Below are positions 25,862-32,020 of a stretch of DNA of 64,000 bases, piece after piece. How positions within the stretch are numbered: position 1 is the first letter of the stretch; the number at the start of each line of letters is the position of its first letter. Below the pieces are notes generated by a model. The model worked only from the letters and a program-made list of their open reading frames with translations. It was not told the origin of the DNA and searched no databases. The translations under genes were made by a program, and so were the position numbers. The DNA is from Bacilli bacterium (lineage in GTDB: Bacteria; Bacillota_I; Bacilli_A; RFN20; CAG-826), in contig JAGCDH010000021.1 of assembly GCA_017651165.1 (NCBI GenBank), positions 10,758 through 74,757 on the forward strand. The letters run 5' to 3'.

Positions 25862-27079
25862 TTAAGCGTTCACCCTATTAATTTCAAAAGTTAAACCAAT
25901 ATCGAAATACTTGCCGATTTCTTGATCGATAATGGAGAAATCCCAACCCTCTAACCAAATGGTCATGTTAACACGGCCAAAGAAGTGATCTTCTTCTGTA
26001 CCGGTCTTACATAATGAGGTTGGGTGATTGGCGTCTTTATTACTTAAGACACCAGAAGATCTACTTGGCGCGATACTCTTTAATGATTCATAGGCTGCGG
26101 TTTTAATACCACAGTGCTCTAAAGTATCGTAGTAGTACACGCCTTGCATGTGCTTACCTGTAAAGGTATCCATGGTATCTTCGGCCACAGATGTACGACC
26201 CGTGCCATTAATATCCACGTACTCGTCCGTACCTGCATAACCAGTGGTACTTCTATCTGAAGTATTTTCGTATTCACCAAAAATAATTTCATTATTATCA
26301 TCGTCATAGTCGTAGTAACCATTACCAGCGACATCTAGTAAACCACCCACTTTTGTGGAACCACCAGTAAGACTTGTGGATGATGGATTAAAAATGAAAT
26401 CATCTTCATATTGCCCCACTTCATTAATGCGGTCAACATAAATCCTCAAAGATTTATTGACATACTCATTATCTGAATAGGCGTGAGCGACCGCGTCAGT
26501 TAACCAAAGTTCTTGTCCAGAGACATAATCAGTGGATGATGCGAAAGCCTTTTTCGCCACTCTAAAGAGGAATTGGAAAGAGGCAAAGTGGTCTCTTGTA
26601 GCAATTAAGCTATCGTCATAACTATAAATATCACGGTCTGGATTTGGAGATTGTTTGAGTTTACCAGAAGTGTTCCAGTTGGTACTGTCCCATGGATTAA
26701 CCCAAGCATCACCTCTAGCGTATGATCCAGAAGTAATTGGAATCAAATAGTTGGTAGCAAAGCCATTAGCGGATAAATACTTATTAAGTATAGAAGAAGA
26801 AAGGCTTGCACCAATAGGAGCGAAATAATAGAAATTATTATCTCCTTGGTATGTTTCTAAAGACATTCTATCGCTATCTTCAAAGTCGATTGCGACAGGA
26901 GAAGCAAACCCAATTTGTAATTGGGCAGTCTCTTTAACGGAAGTGCCAGAATATGAAACAGCCGCACGTGTGCTATATGCGTACCACGCTAAAGAAGCGC
27001 TGACTGAGCCTATTAATGAGGCACCAGTAGCTAATCCGAAAAAACCGAACAATAGTTTAGCGGGATTAAACTTTTTCAT
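25862..27079 (-). CDS. Secreted TasA/SipW-signal-type protein, paralog 4
   Basis: Start moved to the ATG at 27079 (GGAAGGAG SD): MKKFNPAKLLFGFFGLATGASLIGSVSASLA|WYAYS. It carries LRIYVD, LLDVAGNGYYDYDDD and VNMTIWLEGWDFS. Confidence 0.6.
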   Translation of the reverse strand: MKKFNPAKLLFGFFGLATGASLIGSVSASLAWYAYSTRAAVSYSGTSVKETAQLQIGFASPVAIDFEDSDRMSLETYQGDNNFYYFAPIGASLSSSILNKYLSANGFATNYLIPITSGSYARGDAWVNPWDSTNWNTSGKLKQSPNPDRDIYSYDDSLIATRDHFASFQFLFRVAKKAFASSTDYVSGQELWLTDAVAHAYSDNEYVNKSLRIYVDRINEVGQYEDDFIFNPSSTSLTGGSTKVGGLLDVAGNGYYDYDDDNNEIIFGEYENTSDRSTTGYAGTDEYVDINGTGRTSVAEDTMDTFTGKHMQGVYYYDTLEHCGIKTAAYESLKSIAPSRSSGVLSNKDANHPTSLCKTGTEEDHFFGRVNMTIWLEGWDFSIIDQEIGKYFDIGLTFEINRVNA

Positions 27080-27165
27080 ATTCTCCTTCCTTTTTGTATA
27101 GTACAAAGTCACATATGAATGTGTATGCGAGAGTATTTAATGATGTGAGAATTAAGTTGGGTTAA

Positions 27166-28221
27166 TTAATCAACGTCAACAGCAAAGCGGAAAGCAACTT
27201 CAAATTCAGAAGCGATAAATGCACCGGCATCCCAAACAGAGGAATAGCTTGTGGAATTTGGTTGTTCTAACTTTTGCCAACCTTCCACCCAAATGGTGAC
27301 ATCAATGTTAAGGAACTTATCACCAGCTTCAGTTGTGGAACCTAAGCATTTTGATTTGCCTGTATCGTATTCTTTCTTTGCTAATTTTGCAGTGTTATTA
27401 GCGTCTAAACCTGCGACAAGTGGATACACGACTGCTTCATCTTGTAAAGCACCTTCACCGTCATAGTATGTTCCGGCTCTTTGGTCAACTTCCGCTGAGA
27501 AGGATACTTGTTCACCTGCACCATAGTCTATAAAGGTTTTGGAATCGTCATAGCCATAGCCATCATCGAATTCATAATCGTTACCTGGATCAGCATCAAG
27601 ATCTAAATAACCATGAGTGACGGTTGTACCACCTTTTTTAGAAGCTAAGAAGTTTCTAACTACAGTTGAGCCATCTTGTTTAGCAGAGAAGTGGACACGG
27701 ATAGCATCAGAAATATCGCTATGTGTGGTATCTGCGGCATGTTTAGAAATGTGTAAGTCAGTGAGATAAATCTCTTTGGCTTTAAATGATTGAACGCTGT
27801 TATTTAATTCTTTATAAGAGAGTTGTAATGGTAAAACGACATAGTTTTTAGTTTCCACTTTCTTCCAAGCACTGACTTCTGGGTGTCCTGCAAGAGGATT
27901 ACCATAGAATTTAGCAGGAAGAGCATCATCTTTATCCATTTCGCCTGATGTAATAGGCATCATTTTAGAACCATATTGTGTGGTGGCTAAATAACTGTTG
28001 ATTTGTTGATAAGTAAACTTTTCAGACCAACCTTGGTTATCAGCTTGACCGTCTTTTCTAATGCGCATTAATAAATTGGCGCTTTCGCCTAAATTAATGC
28101 CCATATAAGCGGCTTGTGTTCTAACAGAATATTGATACCATGCAATGGTACTAGTAACAGAACCTGCTACACCCGCACCAATTAGCATTGCCATCGCGGA
28201 AACAACAATTCTCTTTTTCAT
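27166..28221 (-). CDS. Secreted TasA/SipW-signal-type protein, paralog 3
   Basis: N-terminus MKKRIVVSAMAMLIGAGVAGSVTSTIA|WYQYS. It carries PITSGEMDKDDALPAKFY, DAIRVHF, YLDLDADPGNDYEFDD and IDVTIWVEGWQKL. AGGGAGA SD. Confidence 0.6.
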   Translation of the reverse strand: MKKRIVVSAMAMLIGAGVAGSVTSTIAWYQYSVRTQAAYMGINLGESANLLMRIRKDGQADNQGWSEKFTYQQINSYLATTQYGSKMMPITSGEMDKDDALPAKFYGNPLAGHPEVSAWKKVETKNYVVLPLQLSYKELNNSVQSFKAKEIYLTDLHISKHAADTTHSDISDAIRVHFSAKQDGSTVVRNFLASKKGGTTVTHGYLDLDADPGNDYEFDDGYGYDDSKTFIDYGAGEQVSFSAEVDQRAGTYYDGEGALQDEAVVYPLVAGLDANNTAKLAKKEYDTGKSKCLGSTTEAGDKFLNIDVTIWVEGWQKLEQPNSTSYSSVWDAGAFIASEFEVAFRFAVDVD

Positions 28222-28253
28222 AACTTATTCTCCCTTAAAGGATACTTTGCTGA

Positions 28254-29261
28254 TTAAGCATGATCAGCATCCGAATGGAGATCAACACCAAATGTTAAAC
28301 CAACATTAAATTTCTTATTTGTGTATTTAGCACTATCCCAAACTTGGGTATCTTCACTATCGATGTTATTGGCGACACCATGTTTTAACATAGCCCAGCC
28401 TTCTAACCAGATAGTCACTTTGACTTCTAAGTATTCACCTGTAGTCGCACTTGTGTTACCAATCGCGGTACCACCAGAGATGGAACCATCATTAGCTTCA
28501 GTAGCAATGATATTACCGATGTTGGCATCATTAAGAGCATAGGCTTCTTGAGTAGCAGGTGTTAAAACACCACCACTTTCAGTCGCACTACCATAAATGA
28601 CTTTTTGTGAATCCCATTCATAACCACTTGTGTCATATTCACCATCACTATCTAAATCGAGATAGCCACCCACATCCGTGGAAGCATCTTGTTTAGAGAA
28701 TAAGAAGTACTTATGAGCAGTATTGCTATTGCTATCTTTATAAGTTGTAGCAATGTGCACTCTAATGGCGTTAGATAAATCTAATGTGCCGTTAGAAGAG
28801 GCATCTTGAATGGTCACATCTGTCAAATAGACATCGTTTTTGAGTTGTGCTGTCGTTTCGTTGACATCGTCAACTTTCACTAAAATAGTAAATTGTGCAT
28901 AGTTTTCAGCATCAGCGGTCAACCAATTGGTATAAGCGCCTTGCTTTGGATTTGGTTGTGCATAAAAGTTCGCTGGTAAATCAGCATCTTTATCTTGTTC
29001 ACCTGTTGTAATAGGTGCGAATTCAATATCGCTTGGTAAATCACTCATGCCGAGATGATTGCCCCAGGCTGGTGCACTACTATTTTTGACCGCTACCTTA
29101 AGTAACTTAGAACAATGAGTAGTTGTACCGGTATAAGCTAATTGTGCTTTAGTGGCATATTGAAACCATGCAACGGTACTAGTAATAGAACCGATCACGG
29201 AAGCACCCGCTAAAAGTGACAAGGATGAAATAATAACTTTTCTACTAAACTTTAAACGCAT
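28254..29261 (-). CDS. Secreted TasA/SipW-signal-type protein, paralog 2
   Basis: Start moved to the ATG at 29261 (GGAG 10 nt upstream): MRLKFSRKVIISSLSLLAGASVIGSITSTVA|WFQYA. It carries PITTGEQDKDADLPANFY, NAIRVHI, YLDLDSDGEYD and VKVTIWLEGWAML. 17-nt overlap with the upstream gene. Confidence 0.6.
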   Translation of the reverse strand: MRLKFSRKVIISSLSLLAGASVIGSITSTVAWFQYATKAQLAYTGTTTHCSKLLKVAVKNSSAPAWGNHLGMSDLPSDIEFAPITTGEQDKDADLPANFYAQPNPKQGAYTNWLTADAENYAQFTILVKVDDVNETTAQLKNDVYLTDVTIQDASSNGTLDLSNAIRVHIATTYKDSNSNTAHKYFLFSKQDASTDVGGYLDLDSDGEYDTSGYEWDSQKVIYGSATESGGVLTPATQEAYALNDANIGNIIATEANDGSISGGTAIGNTSATTGEYLEVKVTIWLEGWAMLKHGVANNIDSEDTQVWDSAKYTNKKFNVGLTFGVDLHSDADHA

Positions 29262-30123
29262 CAATGTTAACTCCGATTCTGAGTGATGCTTCTCTTGGAA
29301 TACCTTCGTCTGGCAAAGATTCTTTATCAGCGCCTTCAAGCCAAATCACGATTGTATAACGTCTTATAGAACCTGAATCAAAGATATATGAACTACCTTT
29401 GCCAGGAACAGAATAAGATAGGATTTTTTGACCGCTTTTGAATGATTGCGCTAACGGATGATCTTCGTCTTCAGTTTCTTCGTCATATGGACGGAAAGAA
29501 ATAAACTCACGATTTGTAGGAATCTTTTTCCCGTCTTCATTTACATAGTAATGAGTGTATGCGGATTCTTTAGCGTAAACGACAGGCTCAGCGTGCTCCT
29601 CACCGCCAGTGACATCAGTGTCATAAATCATGACGCGAATTGTGTCATCTAAAGTTCTTTCTGAACCGTCAGTGGCTTTAGTGCGATCTGTAAAATTAAC
29701 AGAAAAATCGTACTGAGCAGCCGAATTACCAGAATTCTTTACATAGAATGTGTACTTCATGTAATACAACGCTGCTACATTACCTTCTTCGTCATAACCA
29801 GCAATAGCGTCCTCGTTTTTATCAACATCGTTGGTAATTTCGTTATCAATGAGTTCTGTTTGACTAACGATTTGCTTATAACTATGTTCACGAAGTGGGT
29901 AAACCCTATCAAGGTGAATGTAAGTTGTGGAATTCTTAAATTCGAGATTGTCGCTTAAAGAAAGCTTTACATCAGTCTCCACCACTTTAATGGTAAAGGT
30001 ACCAGTATTACGACCAAGGAAAGAGGTCACGATTAAAGAAGCGACACCAATGGAAGCAATTAAGCTCACTAAGGCGGCGATCCTTCTTCTTCTGCGTTTC
30101 TTGACATAATACAAATCGTACAT
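29245..30123 (-). CDS. Membrane-anchored family member lacking the T-x-A|W cleavage motif (paralog 1; possible anchor/nucleator)
   Basis: Start placed at the ATG at 30123 (MYDLYYVKKRRRRRIAALVSLIASIGVASLIVTSFLGRNTG...). It shares the family blocks YTFYVKNSGNSAAQYDFSV, DTIRVMIYD and RYTIVIWLEGADKES. The track's TTG-start extension (to 30213) runs through the conserved RNA leader and was rejected. Confidence 0.55.
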   Translation of the reverse strand: MYDLYYVKKRRRRRIAALVSLIASIGVASLIVTSFLGRNTGTFTIKVVETDVKLSLSDNLEFKNSTTYIHLDRVYPLREHSYKQIVSQTELIDNEITNDVDKNEDAIAGYDEEGNVAALYYMKYTFYVKNSGNSAAQYDFSVNFTDRTKATDGSERTLDDTIRVMIYDTDVTGGEEHAEPVVYAKESAYTHYYVNEDGKKIPTNREFISFRPYDEETEDEDHPLAQSFKSGQKILSYSVPGKGSSYIFDSGSIRRYTIVIWLEGADKESLPDEGIPREASLRIGVNIDAFKV

Positions 30124-30183
30124 AAAAATGAAGTTTTTTTCCTTAAAAAAGCATCTAAATGTTAATTTGTCCCAATGGGTTTT

Positions 30184-30253
30184 GAAATAAAAATGCCAGT
30201 GCCTATCATCCAATTCATGGCGGGTTTATTTCTCACCCTAAGGCAACTGGCAA
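30184..30253 (-). terminator. Second conserved leader hairpin, copy 1, with a terminator-like U-tract
   Basis: RNA is UGCCAGUUGCCU...(inner hairpin GGGU/ACCC)...AGGCACUGGCA followed by UUUUUAUUU. Its homolog lies at 42750-42817. Confidence 0.5.
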
Positions 30254-30257
30254 TCTT

Positions 30258-30367
30258 TTATAAGAATATAAAACCTCAACTGCGATAAACAATTGAGGTT
30301 GCTGGCTATCTTATTAAGACCCTATAGTTTTGCGTCGCCGGATTGCTCCGGTTTTGCTTTTTTCTCG
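30258..30367 (-). promoter_or_regulatory. GEMM-I-type cyclic-dinucleotide riboswitch-like aptamer plus intrinsic terminator (copy 1)
   Basis: Minus-strand RNA is CGAGAAAAAAGCAAAA-CCGGA-GCAA-UCCGG-CGACGCAAAAC-UAUAGGGUCUUAAUAAGAUAGCCAGCAACC. It has the GCAAA block, a GNRA-capped hairpin, the GACGCAAA core and a 3' AUAGCC block, as in the Vc2-type c-di-GMP-I aptamer. An 11-bp terminator follows (AACCUCAAUUG/CAGUUGAGGUU) with a U-rich tail. Confidence 0.65.
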
Positions 30368-30372
30368 AATAC

Positions 30373-30401
30373 AACTTATCACAGTAAAATAAATACTGCA
30401 A
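30373..30401 (-). promoter_or_regulatory. Sigma-A-type promoter for riboswitch copy 1 / paralog operon
   Basis: On the minus strand: TTGCAG, a 17-nt spacer ending in TGA (extended -10), then TAAGTT. The predicted TSS is a few nt before the CGAGAAAAAAGC aptamer start. Confidence 0.45.
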
Positions 30402-30444
30402 TAGTTTTTTTCAATTTATTAATAAATTATTAGTATTAAAGTTA

Positions 30445-30466
30445 AAGAAAAAAGTGCTCGCGCACT
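30445..30466 (-). terminator. Intrinsic terminator after the 123-aa membrane protein gene
   Basis: RNA AGUGC-GCGA-GCACU followed by U6, directly after the stop codon. Confidence 0.6.
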
Positions 30467-30838
30467 CTATTCTTCTTTCTTATTTTCTCCTTGTAGATCC
30501 TTGAGAAGTTCTTGTCTGAGAGCTTCTTTTTGTTCATCGCTAAGATCTTCAAGTTTAGCAGGTTCTTTCTTGGTGGTCTTTCTAACGTAGATGACTAAAC
30601 CAACTATGTTGACTGCTAATAAAACGAAAAGTGGGATTACAAAGAGGACACCATAAATTGTTCTATGTTGCAATAAATACTTAATTAAACCACTGGATTT
30701 ACCAATAGCAGCTTCTAAAGAATTTGAGCTCGCCATTGTTGTTAAGACGATAATGCTTATCACAAAGAAAAACACTGTGAGAGCAACATCTAATGCAATT
30801 AATGTAATAAATAATGGTTTTTTATACTTTTGATTCAT
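30467..30838 (-). CDS. Small membrane protein (2-3 TM, charged C-terminal tail), function unknown
   Basis: 123-aa ORF with TM segments LFITLIALDVALTVFFFVISIIVL and GVLFVIPLFVLLAVNIVGLVIYV and a K/E-rich tail. It sits between the two fibre operons. Confidence 0.55.
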   Translation of the reverse strand: MNQKYKKPLFITLIALDVALTVFFFVISIIVLTTMASSNSLEAAIGKSSGLIKYLLQHRTIYGVLFVIPLFVLLAVNIVGLVIYVRKTTKKEPAKLEDLSDEQKEALRQELLKDLQGENKKEE

Positions 30839-30947
30839 AGATACACCAAATGTCTATAAGCGTGTTTATTCTATAATACTTTTAAGATAATTGCTATTTA
30901 TTTTTATCTTGTTTTACAAGGTATTAAAGTTTTTACACTACCAAAGC

Positions 30948-30977
30948 ATAAAAAAGGCCGATCAGAGACCGGCCTTA
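30948..30977 (-). terminator. Strong intrinsic terminator after the 250-aa fibre-subunit candidate
   Basis: RNA AAGGCCGGUCUCUGAUCGGCCUU followed by UUUUUAUG; the stem is GC-rich. Confidence 0.8.
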
Positions 30978-30995
30978 ATCTAGAGGCTAAAACTA

Positions 30996-31748
30996 TTAGT
31001 TAGCTGTAAATGTAATTTCGGCAGAAGCGCCAGAAAGATTCGCAAAGTTATTTGTGTTAACATCTGCATTATTGCCATCATAGTAAACGTAAATATCTAC
31101 AGTTTTAACGCCATTAGCGGCCACTCCTGTTGTAAGAACGCCTGCGTTGGTCCAGTTATTCGCTTCATTGAATTCAAGAACTGTACTTTCAGAAGCAAAA
31201 ACGAAAGAGACAGGATCATAATCGTGTTGAGCACCAGCGGCTGCAATTTCTGTCAAGCTTAAAGACACAGTAATGTCGCCAGAAGAGACAGCGCCAACAG
31301 CAACAGTTAAATAAACTGTTCTCTTAATAACATAGTTAGCAAATGTTCCTTCAGCTAATAATGTTTTGGAATCGTTGACCAAAGTACCATCAGAAGGGCT
31401 TGTGCCTCTACCTGTATACCAATTGCTATATGTTGCTGCAGCAGCAGCTGTTGCAATGGTTTCATGAGCAGATGGAAGAACGCTTGCTTGTTCTGCTGTG
31501 ACAGAGAGAGCTGTGCTTAAACCATTATCTCCAGAAGCAGCACCAACTAGACCTTGAATTTCACTAGCGGTATCATTAACTCCAGAGCCAATTAAAAGAT
31601 AAGTTGCTGTTGTTTTAGCGGTAATTTGCATACCTGTTGCTGTAACATGGTCATTCATGGAGAACCATGCGACGGTGCCTGTAACTGAGGCGGCTGTACC
31701 TAAGAGTAATAATCCTGCGGCAGGAACTAGAATTTTTGTCTTTTTCAT
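30996..31748 (-). CDS. Secreted A/T/G-rich TasA/SipW-signal-type protein, monocistronic (candidate major fibre subunit)
   Basis: Start placed at the ATG at 31748 (AAGGAG SD): MKKTKILVPAAGLLLLGTAASVTGTVA|WFSMNDHVTATGMQITA. The N-terminal block ATGMQI(S/T) is shared with the 282-aa protein at 41900-42748. It has its own promoter, leader and terminator. Confidence 0.6.
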   Translation of the reverse strand: MKKTKILVPAAGLLLLGTAASVTGTVAWFSMNDHVTATGMQITAKTTATYLLIGSGVNDTASEIQGLVGAASGDNGLSTALSVTAEQASVLPSAHETIATAAAAATYSNWYTGRGTSPSDGTLVNDSKTLLAEGTFANYVIKRTVYLTVAVGAVSSGDITVSLSLTEIAAAGAQHDYDPVSFVFASESTVLEFNEANNWTNAGVLTTGVAANGVKTVDIYVYYDGNNADVNTNNFANLSGASAEITFTAN

Positions 31749-31766
31749 ATTATATAAACTCCTTAT

Positions 31767-31870
31767 AAACGACAAAATCACTCAACTTATTTCCTAAACT
31801 GAGTGGATGATAGGTTTTGCATCACTTGTCGCCAATAAGGATTGGGACTTCCTTATCGCTTTTGTTTTGC
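31767..31870 (-). promoter_or_regulatory. Structured 5' leader of the 250-aa gene, with a terminator-like hairpin (attenuator candidate)
   Basis: The RNA contains GCAAAAC twice, the hairpin GAUAAGGA-AGUCCCAA-UCCUUAUU and GGCGAC. It ends with CACUCA...UGAGUG followed by AUUUUGUCGUUU, about 12 nt before the SD. Confidence 0.4.
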
Positions 31871-31876
31871 ATAATT

Positions 31877-31905
31877 AGTCTAGAAAATTATCATAAATAA
31901 GTCAA
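31877..31905 (-). promoter_or_regulatory. Sigma-A-type promoter for the 250-aa gene
   Basis: On the minus strand: TTGACT, a 17-nt spacer, then TAGACT. Confidence 0.4.
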
Positions 31906-31954
31906 ATTATTTTTTATATATTTACTTTTAGTAAATATGTTTTGACAAAAATTA

Positions 31955-31984
31955 ATAAAAAAAGCAAGATCAATGTCTTGCTCT
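31955..31984 (-). terminator. Intrinsic terminator after the LRR lipoprotein gene (end of operon A)
   Basis: RNA AGCAAGA-CAUUGA-UCUUGCU followed by U7. Confidence 0.75.
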
Positions 31985-32020
31985 TTTATATATTATATTT
32001 ATTAATTAAGGATATAAGGC

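Noticed and set aside
30124-30213. The TTG-initiated N-terminal extension (MDDRHWHFYFKTHWDKLTFRCFFKEKNFIF) of the first paralog gene.
   Set aside because: The extension runs through the conserved second leader hairpin that is shared with the other operon, where the same sequence is non-coding. The ATG at 30123 gives a normal basic-plus-TM N-terminus.
31767-31870. A third GEMM-I riboswitch copy in the leader of the 250-aa gene.
   Set aside because: It shares the GCAAAAC and GGCGAC blocks, but the GACGCAAA core is split by 7 nt and the first hairpin lacks a GNRA loop. I cannot call it an aptamer from sequence alone, so it is reported only as an unexplained structured leader.
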